Origin: Lama glama
Lineage: Eukaryota
Assembly (NCBI GenBank): GCA_028534125.1
Contig: CM052818.1
Coordinates: forward strand, 45,014,001-45,078,000
Direction of reading: 5' to 3'
DNA: 64,000 nt
Shown: one piece after another, positions 34,036 through 47,620 of the stretch
Numbering within the stretch: the stretch's first letter is position 1
Layout of the letters: the number at the start of each line of letters is the position of its first letter
The notes under the pieces: generated by a model
Database searches by the model: none
The model's input: the letters and a program-made list of their open reading frames with translations, nothing else
What the model was told of the DNA's origin: nothing
Translations under genes and position numbers: made by a program

Positions 34036-36414
34036 AGCTGAGTTCTTTCAGCACATCTAGGGAGGTTGCAAACATGCCCGAAGTCACGCCATCCTGTGAT
34101 GTGGGCAGCAGGCAGGTGGAACTTCCTGGAACACATCAGATTTTGGAGCTGGATGGTTTTGGAGCTAGGATACAGGATGGCTGGATCCCAGATCAGGGCT
34201 GAGAACAAGGCTGAGTATAGAAAGGCTGGAAGGAGAGATGACCAAACTCAGACCCCAAACAATGAAACTTCAGTGAGTGTCCTTGTAGGATCGTGGGCCA
34301 GAGAACTGGAAACTGGGATCCTCTCCACAGATCCAGGCTCTTGGGACCTGACAGTAGATCAGCTCAGGTGGGAACGCTGTGCTGTCTGCCCTTGCCCGTG
34401 TGTTCTGTCGGGTGTGGGCTGAGGCAGGTGATGTCGCAGGAGGCGGTGGATCTAAGTCCTGAAGGGGGAGCCCTGCAGACAGCCGAGGTTCTAGATCTCC
34501 AGGGAAGCTCCGATTTCCTCTCTGAGGAGCTCCCCTCTCTCTGACAAAGGGATAAAGAGCCTAAACTCTTGCCAGCGCATCATTATATAAAACTGACAGA
34601 GGTGCCTATATGCTTCCGTGGTGGGAGGACGGCTGGGTTTTGTTGCACGACTTGGTAAATTTGGATAATTTAATTTGATTTGCTCATCACACGATAATGA
34701 GAGATGTGTAGAGTTCATTATGCATAAATTTGGTTGGTTTAAGCCCTAATAACATTCTAGTGTAATTTTTAAAGTTTCTCATTATATCCCTAAGCCATTC
34801 CCTTTATTTTATAAGTCTGGTAGGCGCACATTTGATATTTGAAAGACTTTTTCTTGGCCTGAAAAACAGCTTCCAATATTGGAAGGGGGTGGGATCTCCC
34901 TGGCATTGTTCATGCTTGGACTATAGCATAGCTTCTGGAAAGATCTGCCAATTATTTCTCAGCAGGGCTGGTTGGAGCTTGTGCAGATTGCACTGTGGGA
35001 CTGAGATAAGAAAAAACCCAATTTTCTGTAATTAAAAATATTCCCTACTTGATTTTCAGATGAGGAAGGAAAAAAAAGAGGACTTAATCCAATATATTCA
35101 CAGGTACATTCTTAAAATCTGACTCTAAGGTTAATATGAATCTATTTGTTCAGCCATTCAACACATATTCATTTTCAGAAAGCCATCCGTGTATTTTGCA
35201 AAACAGCTGTTGGGTGCCATACCCTGTGCTTGGTCCTGGGAAGAAAGAACATGGCGCCTGCCTCCACAGGCTGATAGCCCCGTGGGGCATGTGCTGAACA
35301 GGGGAGAGAAGGCAGGAAAGAGGGATGGAACATGAAACCAGGGAGACTCATAATTCTATCTCTCATGGGCTCCTTGGATGACTTACTAGACAATCACAAT
35401 ATGTTGGGCTCCGGTTCTAAATGGTAAACTTAGCATATATATATATTTTCCTCTCTTGCCTTCAAAATCCCTGCTGGAATGATATTAAAAAAGTGTAAAG
35501 TTAATAATAAAACAAAGAGTGAGATGGGGGATGACTACTAGAAGGCAAGAGATTTTTATGGGTTTCAAGAAAATGGGGAGCAGACAAGATCAGGCCGGTG
35601 GTCAAGCGGCTTGGAGAGGGCGGCTGTCGAAATAGTCCAGGAAAGGGAAACAGTGGAAAGAGCTGCTTTCTTTCCTTCCAAACCTGGGCAGGGGTGGGGT
35701 CCGATGGGAGCACACACAGACTGTGCCAGCTATGGTGTTGTCCCCAGGTTAAAGAAAAGAAAAGAAACACTTAGTAAGAAGCTGAACGATCAGCCAGGGA
35801 AGGGCTGGAGCTTGTAGCATGAGTTCTGCACAGCAGAGAAAAAGCATCCTAACCTTGGTAGGAGGGTGGGCACTACCACATCTGCCCGTTTCTCACCCGT
35901 GAACCTTAAAAGAAAGCCTGCCATACATATGACCCAGAGCTGGTGTACCTAGTGCCCAGGTGCCCAGGAAAAATAGCTGCGTGGAAGAGGAAGCAGTTCA
36001 TGATGGTGATTTGTATTATTCAACCAAGTCTTTTGTTTATAAATATAAGTAAACAACTAAATATCACCGCACATTTAGAAAAACAAACAGCATAAGAGAA
36101 GGGCACCAACAGGAGCAAATCCTAGAGGAAACAGAGATGAAAAAGAATAGCTTCAAGGAAAAAAAATTGGCATCTCAGTGCGATTTAATAAGATACTATT
36201 TCCATAAAATAAGAACCAGAGGCCATGAAAAAGAACAGAAAAGAGGTGACTGAACTTCTGGGGAAGCCAGGCCAAGGCCATTCTCCCCATTTTCCTCCAG
36301 GAGAAAACTCCAGAAAAAGGTGTGGATTATATTAGGACCCACCAACAGACTATACGCTGGGATAGTCCAGCCTCAGCAACATGAGGGTTGAAATCTAGCA
36401 ACAGACATTTCGGG

Positions 36415-37215
36415 GTTTTTCTTACTGAGGTAAAATTGACATACTATAAACTACACCCATCGAAGTGTACAATTCTGTAGTTTTTAGCATATTTACAAAA
36501 ATGAGCAACTTTGTAAGGGGGATTGACCACTTCTAAACCTTCTGTGCCTCTGTATGTTGGCCCATTCTATATATTTCATATATAACATGTCACCTTTGTG
36601 TCCGGCTTCTTTCACTCAGCAGGATGTTTCTAAGGTTCACACATGTTGTAATGTGACAATACTTCATACCCTTTAACGTCCAAATAACATACAATTTTAT
36701 GAGCACAGGCATACCTTGGAGATCTTGCAGGTTGGGTTCTAGACCCCCACAATAAAGCAAGTATCATAATAAAACTAGTCACACAAATTTTCTGGTTTCC
36801 CAGTGCATATAAAAGTTATGTTTACACTATGCTGTAGTCTGTGCACTAGCATTATATCTTAAAAAATACGTCTCTTAATGAAAAAATATTTTATTGCTAA
36901 AAATGTTAACCATCATCTGAGCTTTCAGTGAATCATAGTAGTAACATCAAAGATCACTGAACACAGATCATTGTAACATATAAGATAATAATGAAAAAAA
37001 ATCTTCAATTAAAAAAAACCAATCTATGAAGTGCAATAAATAGAAATGAAATAAAACGAAGTCTGCCCATATAATACATTTTGCTTATCCACTTATTAGT
37101 GGATGAAATTTGGTTTCCACTTTTTGACTAGTATGAATAAAGCTGCTACGAATATTCCTGTACAAGTTTTCATGTGGCTTTGTGTTTTCAGTTTTCTTGA
37201 GTACATACCCCCAAG
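36415..37215 (-). mobile_element. L1MB/ME 3' end interrupted by Tigger1
   Basis: gaggtaaaattgacatac...aagtgtacaattc...ggcttctttcactcagcaggatgtttctaaggttc; resumes with tatgaataaagctgctacgaatattcctgtacaagttttc. Confidence 0.85.
36706..37069 (-). mobile_element. Internally deleted Tigger1
   Basis: caggcataccttggagatcttgcaggttgggttctagacc...ggtttcccagtgcatataaaagttatgtttacacta...aaataaaacgaagtctgccca|ta. Confidence 0.9.
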
Positions 37216-37474
37216 CAACATTTGACAGGACACTGGAACATCTGAATTCCCGCTCAGACTCACATTTTGAGCAACAGCCTTTATTTCTTCATCAGGGAAG
37301 TGGTTCTATTAGGCTCCTCCAGGTTTTGCGAATTTTACATGACTATTGTACTTTGATATATCTGTTTTCTAGGCTGAAATTCAATTCTATCAGCCAATGA
37401 AACCTGAGGTTTAAAGGTTTTGATTATAAGATACATCTTAACTTTTAAAAACCTTCATTTCTTCTGCCCCTAAA

Positions 37475-39770
37475 GAAATTCTATTAATGTAATTCAGCAC
37501 ATTAACAAAGTAAAGAAGAAAAATACGGTGATCTCAATAGGTTTATTAAAAGCATTCGATATAATTTAACATCCACTTAACACATTTTTTGAAAAGGAAA
37601 GAAAACTCAGCACATAAAAATTAGAAGAAAACTTCTTTAACCTAATAAAGGATATCTAAAAATAAAAAATAAAAAAATTACAGTTACCATCTAACTTAAT
37701 GGTAAAGCATCAAAGTAATTCCTGGTAAAACCCAGGAAAAAAAAAAAGCACAATGATATCCACCTCCACAGTATAATTTCATGTGGTACAAGAAGTTCTA
37801 GCCAGAGGAGTAAGAGCAGGAAGTGGAAGTTTTAAGGACCGGAAAAGAAGAAACCAGCTGTCATTGTTTTGCAGATGATATGACAGCTTTGTGGAAAATC
37901 CAAGAGATTAGACAGACTATAAGAACTAATAAGAATGTTCAATAAGATACTAGACTATTTTTTAAATTAAAAAATTATATTTCCTTAGGCCACGTATCAA
38001 ACAGTGATAAAATGTCATTTAAAACAGAATACCATTTACCATAGCTATAAAAAACAAACAAACAAATAAATAGATCTAACAAAGATATGCATGATTTTTG
38101 TGGAGAAAATGATAAAATTTACTGAGTGACATTTTGGAAAACCCAGAGATACGTCAGGTTCATGGATAGAAAGACTCACTGTCATAAACATGTGAATTCT
38201 CCCAAAACTAAGCCATGGATTTAATGTGATTTTAATTTGAAAACTCCAGTAGGATTTTAAAATTAAACTCAACAAGATTATTCTAAAATCAATATGGAAG
38301 AATAATGGACTAAGAACAGTCAAGAACTCTTTGGAGGAAAACCAGATGGAGGTGGGGTGGGGGGCTTGCCCTCTGGATCTCCAAGGATATCACACAGCAA
38401 GGGCTACTAAGGCAGTCTGTGTTGACTCAGAGATGGACAAGCAGGGCTCACGGAACAGAATGGAGAGACTTCCCAAAGTCTTGCCTGTGTGTGAGGACAT
38501 GATATTAACAGAGCTGTCAGTGAAGGTCAGTGAAAATCAGTGAAGGGAGTGGAGTTGGGGTAATTGCTTATCCATACAGCAAACAATGAAATCAGACATT
38601 TACTTCATCTCCTTTACAAAAATCAGTTTTGAATGGATTAAAGACTGCAGTATTAAAGTCAAAACTTGGAGAGGAAGACATGGGAGAACACTTTTACGGT
38701 CCAGGGTATAGAGAGATTTACTTAAATCCCAGTGGAAAAGATTGATATATGTGGTGGGATTACAATAATGTCGTTCATCTAAACACTGTAAAGAAATTAA
38801 AAAGATAAGTCACAAATCATCAGAAGATATTTTTAACACATAACTGACAAAAGATCTGGCATATATAGATAATTCTAATAAGACAAAACCAAGCTACCTA
38901 ATACAAAAAAAAAAACTACAAAAGACAAGTATTTTTCACAGGAGGAAGCACAGATAGCCAATTAAGATATGGAAAGAGGCTCAACCAACACATTAGTAAA
39001 TAAAGGAATGTAAATGCAAACTAGGGTGGACTATCACCTAATACCCTGCCCCACTGACAAAAAAATAAGGTCTGATAAGATAAAGTATTAGCAAAAATGT
39101 GAAACAACTCTTTTTGCTGCTGGTACAGGCTAAAAATGGTAAGATCACTTGGGGGAAAATGTGACTCTTTTTAATAAAGCTGAAGATGCATAAACCCAAA
39201 GATCCAGCAATTCTACTCTGTCTATTCCCAGAGAAGAAAACAAAAAAACCAACCAACCGACAAAAACCTTCCACATGAGCACCAGGAAACATATAAGAAT
39301 TTTCACCGTGACATGGATTTGAAAAAAAAAAAAATCACTGGAGAAAATGCAGATGTCCACGACAAGAGTGAATAAATAAATTGTGGCATTTTTATACAAT
39401 ATTGAATGTCACATGCAGTGAAAATGAACTCACCGTTTGCTGCAGGCACCAACATGCATAAATCTGACCCAGTTGGGGGCAAGATATGTCATTCACAGGA
39501 GAATACACAAAGCATGATATCATTTTTATAAAACTCAAAACCATGCAAATCTCAAAAAGTACAGAAACATGCATGTAGTGAAACAGTAAAGAACAGAGAA
39601 GGCCGGCAGAGAAGACAGGCGGCGGGTGTCTGGAGGAGGGAGACAGGGGCGTGGGATCAGAGGTGAGCACACATGAAGCATCAAGGGTGCTGATGAAAGA
39701 ATCAGTTCTTGGCTGGGCCATCTTCTTCACTTTGTTGTTCATTTAGATTCTGTATCCTATGCTCTTTAAC
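37475..39770 (+). mobile_element. Decayed L1M(E): ORF2 RT through 3' UTR
   Basis: attaatgtaattcagcacattaacaaa (INVI.HINK), ttttgcagatgatatga (FADDM), tcatggatagaaagactca (SWI.RL), gatccagcaattctactc (DPAI.L). Confidence 0.88.
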
Positions 39771-40920
39771 ACTATTCCACAAGAGACCCACATCCACATA
39801 CATCTTTGTGAGAATCTGAACATCACAGAAAAAGGAGAGCTCTTTAAATTGTTCTGAGAGAAAAACACACAAATGTTTATACCACAAAAGAACAAGAATT
39901 AAGACTGGGCTCAGATTTCCCCAGAGAAGCCCTGGATGCTGGAAGACACTGCAGCAACACCTACCATGTAACTGTTAGGCTGAACGACAGTGATTGACAG
40001 GAAGTCATCACAGAGTCGCACATCCTCCTCTTAAATTCATTCTGCAGGGCTGGGTGTTTTGTTAGTTGATTGAATGAAGTGCAAAGCCTGTGGGTTTTTT
40101 CTGGCTCTTTTTTCAAGGCTAAAAGTTCTCCGACTAGTAATTGGTTTGTCTCGTTTCTCCTCTTCCAGCTCAGGTCTGCAGGGCCACCCGGGTAGGAGAA
40201 GGGCAGACCCTTCCTGTCTTCTTGCCTTCAGTTTCTCACCTGCCAGGGCCCGAGCAGGGGGAGGGGGGAAGATCCTAGAAGTAAAGAAGAGTCTTACCTG
40301 GCTCGATAGGTCTTAATTAGTTTGGTTTGGGCAAGTGTTTAATGGGATGTGTCTCGCTGGTGCTCATTTTTGTGAGCTCTGCTGAGACTGGCCCCCAACC
40401 CCCATCCCCGCTGCTGGGGTCTCTTACCTGAAATTCTCTTTCGGAGGCTGAACACACCCTTATCCCGCTGGTCTCTCCACCTCCCTCAGACCCAGCCATC
40501 TGTCCATGCCTCCAGGTCACTCCATGGACCAGTGATAATCTCACACCTGCCCTTTGGAACATGGCCCCCAAGTCATCCAACAGATACACCCTTTGGCTCC
40601 CCAAACCTCTGAGAACAGAGCTGCCCCGGGTAAATTCTCCTTGGCTCCGTGTCACAGCAGCTGGCCCTCTTGATCTTTTGAGTTTCCAAGTGGGGATCAC
40701 TATGTCCCCCCAGATTGCAGAAGATAAGTTCTTTGAGTTTAGTCTCTCTCTTTACTTTGGGCGGAGGGAGGACTCTAAACACACCAGGAACTCTAAACAT
40801 CCCCTCACTTCTCCAACCGCTGACTCTTTATACTCTCCCTGTGCGGGCATATGGGTGAGGGGTTTAAAGCTCACAGAACCCTGTTTTTCTATCTCCCTTT
40901 TGAAGTCTTGTATGGTGACC

Positions 40921-41419
40921 CTGGTGAGCAGAAATAATGCAGCTGCCAGCCCCACTCCCCTCAAAGGTGCCCATGTCCCAATTCCCAGGACCTGTGACTG
41001 TGTCACCTTCTGTGGCAAAAGGGGCTTTGCAGATGAGATTAAGAACTTCTAGATGGGGAGATTATACTTGATTATCTGGGTGAGTCCAATATAATCACAT
41101 GAGTCCTCATAAGGGAAAAGGGAGGCTGGAGGGTCAGCCAGAGAGGAGGATGTGAGTGAAGCAGAGGTCAGAACGCTGCCACTGCCGATTTGAAGAAAGA
41201 AGGCGCCACGAGCCAGGGATTGCAGACAGCCTCTAGCAACTGGCAGAGGCAAGGAAACAGCTTCTCCCTGGAGCCTCCAGAGGGAGCACAGCCCTCGGTG
41301 TTGGCCCAGCAAGACCGATCTTGGACTTTTGACCCCAGAACTTTAAGGTAATAAATCTGGGTTGTTTTAAGTTGCTAGTTTGTGGTGAGTTATGACAGCA
41401 GCAATTGGAAACGCACACA
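40921..41419 (+). mobile_element. MLT1D solo LTR
   Basis: ggcaaaaggggctttgcagatgagattaag...gatggggagattatac...ggcaaggaaacagcttctccctggagcctccaga...taataaatctgggttgttttaag. Confidence 0.92.
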
Positions 41420-41667
41420 GCAGTCTTTCCCTTCCCTTTGGAATGTGGTGTCTCTTTTCTTTGGGTCTCAGTCAAAACTTTCGTTTCAAAAAATTCTGAA
41501 ATCAGAATTCTCTATCCAGCCAAACTATCCTGAAGCTTATGGGAAAATGAAGACATTTTCTTACACGGAAGGAGCGGGAACAGTTTATCTCCTGTACATT
41601 AAAAGAAACACAGACACATACAGACACACAGCTGCATAAGGATGAATTTGAGCAAAATTAAAAGAGA

Positions 41668-41850
41668 TCTATTACATAAACAATAAGGACCTACTGTACA
41701 GCACATGGAACTATATTCAATTTCTTATAATCAGCTGTAATGGAAAAGTATCTGGAAAAAAATGTATAACTGAACTTTGCTGTATACCTGAAATTAACAT
41801 TGTAAATCAACCACACTTCAATTAAAAAATAAATTTTTTAGAAAAAGAAA
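41668..41850 (+). mobile_element. Short cetartiodactyl-type L1 3' end
   Basis: aaggacctactgtacagcacatggaactatattcaa...ctttgctgtatacctgaaattaacattgtaaatcaacc..cttcaattaaaaaa. Confidence 0.88.
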
Positions 41851-44800
41851 GCTGTTGAAGACGAAGCATGAGCTCCAGGAAACCGGACCTAATTCAGGTA
41901 TACGAGGGAAATAAATGTTGGGAGCACAGCTTTCCAGTGAGCCTGGAAAACAGGAAAGGAAAGGTGAGATGAAGGAAGAATGACTTAGAATAAAGTAGTT
42001 TCTGGTCAGCAAGTTCTCTGATAAAGAACCAGGAAGATCCTAATGACACAACAAAGAAATACAGGTATTTTTCTCTCAACAATAAAAAAGAATTAGAAAC
42101 CCAAGAAAAATGAAAAGCTGCACAAGAAAGTTGCGGCAGATACTGGAGCCGCGTGATCTGTGGGTACAGAAGACCCTCCTCCTCCAACACGAAAAATTAT
42201 ACACAAGAATCGTCATGTACAGACATCAATCCTGCCACCTCCACTTGACGCATTCCAGGCTGTACATGACAGTCAACATTCTTTAACTCATGGGATGAAT
42301 TAAAAGGGAAAATATGACCCACTTTGTGTTGCCATCTCAGGAATCTCCTGCCAGAATGCGACACGAGAGGAAGCAGCAGGCAGCGCTGGGCAGGGGCGAG
42401 TTAGCTGACGATACAGAGTCGTATCTGCGCTTGTACCTGACAGCGTAGACTCCCTGGCACCAAGATGTGGGCCTGAGTCCAGCTGACCTCAGGGATCCAC
42501 AGAGGACTGAGCCCATTGCGGCTGGCAGCTGTGGAATATTAATCATTTAAAGTATCAGATTCGACCCATGTTATCAGCTTCCTTGATTCCTTTCAGAAGA
42601 CAGTGACGGCCACACAGACATGGGACAACATGAACTTGATGTGTGGGATGGGGAGGACCCAAGGATGCAGGCTTCCCAGAGGTACCACCATCTCATGGGG
42701 GCGGGGGGAAGCTTCCAATAACACGAAATTATGTTTCCTTCTCTGTGGACCAAATCACCCTTCTTTACAGAAAATAATATTTGAATAATTATAATATTAC
42801 CAACTCCATTGACTTTAATTTTTAAAATTAACCTAGAGGCAATTAAGTTGTTGATGCAGGAGTTAATTATAGATACAGAACAAAATATTAATGTTATAAG
42901 ACCTGGTAAATTCAGAGTAATGATGAATGTGACAAAACAGGAGCCTGGGGAGATAGAGAGGTGAGGGTGGTGTAGAAAAAATATTTCCTTTATCTTACAT
43001 AATAGAAAATGAAGAAATACTGTATATAGTTGTTAAAACAAGCGATAGAGATTTCTGAGTTAAATATACTAAATTAACCCAACGAAAACTACTGTTATAA
43101 CTAAGAAAATTCTGGACGATGAGAGAGGTAGGAGAGAGTGTGAGCTACAGATTTCATCTAGAGAGTGGGGAGTCAAACTGCAAAACAGAAATACTTGTAT
43201 ATTAGCAGGGGAAACAAGACGAGGTGGTGGGAAGAGACAAGGGACAATTAATTTTTTTTAAAATATCATTCTTGGCTGCTTAGTTTTTTTAACCAAGTGC
43301 GAATATTTTTTTTTCTCTCACTCTGTCGTCTCTCTCTCCCTTCCTAACTCTTTCTCTCACAGATCCAAGCACTCTGTGGATGATAAAGAATAAAAAGCAG
43401 CTGTTCTCTTTCAAAACTTGGCCTCTTGAAATGTGAGGACGTGTAAACAGAACCTCTCTGGCTAGCACAGCAGTGCAGAGGCGATAAAGCTGAGACCCTT
43501 CAGGTGGGCACGTGGTCCGGCAGGAGGCACGGATGCTTCCGACGTGTGTTGGGCAGACAGCTGGCTCCTCTCTGTCTCTGTGGGTCTGTGTGTCTGCCTT
43601 ACCCCGTCTGAGTGCTGAGGGCAGCACCCAGCTTGGGGTCACTCACGGCTCACCTGGCATGTGAGCTCTTTTCTGCCACCCCCTCATAGCCTGCTCTGGA
43701 AACTTCTCTGACTCTGAGGTCAGCTCATCAGTCAGAGAGGGTGTGGAATCGTAGTTAAACATTTGCAAAGCTTTGGGGGAAGATTCCTTTTGATTCATAC
43801 TGGTTGTTCATTTCTCTCCTTTGTCACTCGGCACAGCCTGCAGTGTTTACAAAGCATGTTTCTAATTCTACATCCCAGAAGCCCAGAAGTCATCCCTGGG
43901 AGGGCCCAGGATGACCAGAGGCCCTGAGCGGGGTCAGGGGAGGGAGAAGGGCCAGCTCGGGAGGTCTTCTCAGTGACCTGATGCCAGGCTGGGGAGTCTG
44001 ATTTCTACTTGAGAGCAACCACAGCGTTCCAGGGGAGCCGAGCCTGGCAGGACCCACTGGAGGCGGGAAGACCAGCTTGCCACTGCCCCAGTGGCACAGG
44101 CAGGAGAAGATGGAGGCCCCCAGAAGGAAAGCTGTGGTGGGGCTGGGGAAGGAAGCAAGCTTCCCTTACTTCTGGGAGGATGGACCCATGCCTCCTCCAG
44201 GACCCCCACGCTACCTTATGAATGATGTGTTTACAACCATGTTTCCAGGGTTGGGTGTAAACGCGGGCTCACGTCTGGCCATGCACACCTTTGTCCTGAG
44301 AATAGCGACCAAAATGCAGCGTGGATGGCAGGACATGCCAGGTGCAAGAACTTGACCCTCCCAAAGCTGGTGTGCAGCCCCCACCCCGCTCTGGGCTCTG
44401 TGCTCGGACCTCTTGGATGAGGCCCTATGCCATCACTGGGGATTTTCAAAAGTTCATTTCAAAGTTGCTGGTGGTTTTGAGTCACCTTTTCTTCTTTTTT
44501 TTTTTTTCCCAATAACGACTCGAGTGAAAATTAGGCTGTTGTGTGGGTGGCTGTTAAGGGTGCCTCATTTCGTCTTCGGAGAGCTACCCACACAGCAGAT
44601 TTTAGTAGTACTTGAAGTGTGACCTGATTTTGCCTCTCAGCTGCTATATTAAAAGAAAAAGCCCTTAAGCTGATTAGAAAGATACCAGTTTAAATGTGTG
44701 GATCCCGTATCCATGACGGGGAAAATGGCTTCATTGATTCTGAGACCTTATGTCCCTTATGGGGGCGCGTGGCCCGGGTACCTTCTGACACTCTCTGGCA

Positions 44801-45354
44801 GAGAATGATGCAAGGCTGGGGGTCAAGGGGCGCGGCTGTGGAAGGAGCACTGGACGGAGAATCAGGGGCCCGGGGGTAATGCTGAGCATTCAGGGTGGGC
44901 CAGAGAGACTGCAGAGAGGTCCCAGCCCTCTGTCTGTCTGTCCCCACCCCTTTCCATCCCAGAGAGGTGGGCTGGGGAAGGCAGGTGGGGGGTCAGTGGT
45001 GGAGGAACCCCACGGGACCTGCCTCCCAAGTCTTCTCTGCAGGAGATCCTATGGCCAGCTTGGGCGGGGATGAGGCTTAGGTGAGACACCAAGTTTAAAA
45101 TGGGCAGGATTTAGTCCTTTTAGTGGACTTTTCCGACCACTGAGAGTGGCTGAAAAGTTATGAGATTCGGTTAGGCTGTAATGAGGGGAGCTGCCCACTA
45201 CTGGGAAAGGAGATCTGACCCAGTACGGTTGGTGCGAGATTATGGAGGAAAGTAGAACCGGTCCACGCTGATTCGCTTCTCCACACGTGGTACACGCTGC
45301 TCATCAGAACACAGAGACACTCCCCCCAACTCAGGTCCTAGGGGCCTAGTGAGC

Positions 45355-45705
45355 TGGAGATTATTGGCCCTATTATCACAGAGGGGAGCACTGAGGTCCA
45401 GAGAGGTCAGGACCTCGACCAGAGCTGCACAGCATGAGAGGAACCAAGCAAAGATGAGCCGCAGAGCTGTCAGACTCCGAAGCCCACCCTACGGGAGTGA
45501 CACTGAGCATCTATTATATGCCTCTTGCTTTTCCTGGGTTCTTTTCCAGCTGGGAGGCCAGCCTGGTATTATTTCACCTGGAAGAACACCGAGTCTCAGA
45601 CAGGTAGGTGAACATCCTAAGAGCGCCATGCTGGCAAGTATGAGGCTGGAGTTTGTGCCCCAGTTAAGTCTAACTCTAAATCCAGTTCTTGCCCCCACAG
45701 TCCCA
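45355..45705 (-). mobile_element. Two adjacent MIR fragments
   Basis: acagaggggagcactgaggtccagagagg, and later ggtattatttcacctggaagaacaccgagtctcagacagg...ctggagtttgtgcccc. Confidence 0.55.
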
Positions 45706-47329
45706 GCTGCGCCATCCAGAGCCCTGCAGGACTCCTTAGCATTGCCCAGCTTGGAAGTCTCGGTCTATCTTGACAGAGTCTGATTGCTTTGACCTGCAGG
45801 CTTAGCTAAAATGCAGTCCTCTGAACGAGTTTTTCTCTGATTTTGGAAATTGCTCTCAACCCTAGAACTTTGCGATTTGGTCGGAAACCACAGGGTGCCG
45901 TGGTTGTAGAGAGACAGCCTGGACCCTATCAGACAGTGGCCGGCCCTCTGGTGCCCATAAGCAAGCTCTCTCTGCAGGACCTTCCTGCCTGCCTGCCTTC
46001 TGAAGATGGATTGGGGGCAGCATGGTTAAAAAGAAGAAACGTTCAGTCCTGTGAATGCCACTTGAAAGTCTGTTAAAAATAAATGCTGAGGCTCTTTGCT
46101 TTTATAAGTGCCCTCATTTGAAATGTCTGTCACTTTGGGGTGTGGTGCCTCAGAGATGCTGCCTCGTCTGGGATGAGGGAGGTGGATGTTTTCCTGGATG
46201 GAGCAGAGGGCACTCATGGATACTTGCTTGTATGGGCTTGAATTACAAGTCTTTTGGCATAAAATTTTGCTTTTAGAAACAGGAAGCATGCCAGCCAATA
46301 CATAATATTTGCTTCAAAGTACTAAATTCTCAGAATTAGCCTTCGGTTGTACCTTGGACGGGGTCTGGAGATTCTTCGAATCCTTCTGGGTCCTCTGAGG
46401 TTCTACCTTCTATTCCTAACTTCACTTCTCCTTGCTTTTAATTTTGAGCAAAGTATCTGTGAAGCCACAGAAATAGTCCGGTATCTGAAGACAGAAGTGC
46501 TGGGTCTGTGTCCCAGCTCCTTTGTTGATTGACTATGTGACCGTGGGCAAGCCTGCTCGTTTTTCAAAGGTTTGTCTTTTCCCTCTGTAGGGATTCAGGG
46601 CGGCCTGGCAGAGGCTCAATTACAAATTCAAAGTACTTGGAGTCCATTAAACACTTGTTCATTCATATGATCTGATTTCCTTTGAATTTTCTTTTGACTC
46701 TTGTTTTGCTTGTTCTATTTTGAGTCTTTGTTATCTGTTGGGTATGTTTTTGGGTGTTGATTATTTTTTCTGAGTCTTAATTGGAAAAAAACACTTACAT
46801 CCTTCCCCCTCTACCCTCTGCCTTCGTGCAAGTTTGCCTTTCATCTGCTGCTCCCGTTTATTTCCCACTCGTCTTCCCAATCAATACTTACTCCTCCTCG
46901 CAGCCTTTGTAATGTGCGTGGCTTCTATTATTTCTCCGTAACTAGCATTTATCATTAGCCTCCATCTCACAGGTGCATCTGAGATGTTTTCTCATTTTGG
47001 TACAACCATGTTGTTCTTCCTCCTACTTCCTTTCTGACATGTTCCAAGGAAGGAACTGACATTGACTAGTTAGGAAAAGGTGGGCTGGAAGTTGCTTTCT
47101 TGCCAAAGGTCTTAGTAATTTCTATTTCCTCTCTTCCCTCTTGGTATCTGGCTTAGAGTGGGTGGCAGTGGTGAGGAGGGGAACCGGTGAAAGAACCGAA
47201 ATGATTTAACTTGTCACCGCAAAATGTGGAGGCCTGCGGGGGGGAAAAGTCAAGGAGACGCAGGCTTTGAAAGCAGAGAAACCTCCTTGTGAACCCTTAC
47301 CTGGGGTGCTTTGGCTTTTTTTCCTTTTT

Positions 47330-47620
47330 TAAAGATTATTAAATTTCCTTCCAGATCCAAAGACATGTTTAGATATTTAAGGCACCCAGAATTGATGTGT
47401 GAGATGTGAGACAGGGCACCATCTCCATTTTTGCTAAGTGGATAGCCAGTTGGAACAATACTGTCTGTTGAGTAGTCTGTCTTTTTCCTACGGATTTGAA
47501 GGAATCACCTTTATCATATGCTAAATAGATAATATGCAGGTCTGTTTCTAGATTTGCTATTCTCTTCCCTGGAGTTTTCCATCCATGTGCCAGTGTCACA
47601 CGCTCTAATTACCACGGGAA
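47330..47620 (-). mobile_element. L1M ORF2 fragment
   Basis: Minus ORF 47369-47599: RIANLETDLHIIYLAYDKG, matching L1 RIE.PE.....Y..L.YDKG. Confidence 0.75.

Larger units (their letters stand above)
35405..43260 (+). mobile_element. Fragmented HAL1/L1M ORF1-type element (pieces ~35405-36250, 39830-39965, 41480-41665, 41850-42230, 42740-43260)
   Basis: Co-oriented, colinear ORF1-like segments: aagaattaagactgggctcagatttc (RI.L.SDF) and agaattctctatccagccaaactatc (RILYPAKL). Confidence 0.5.
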
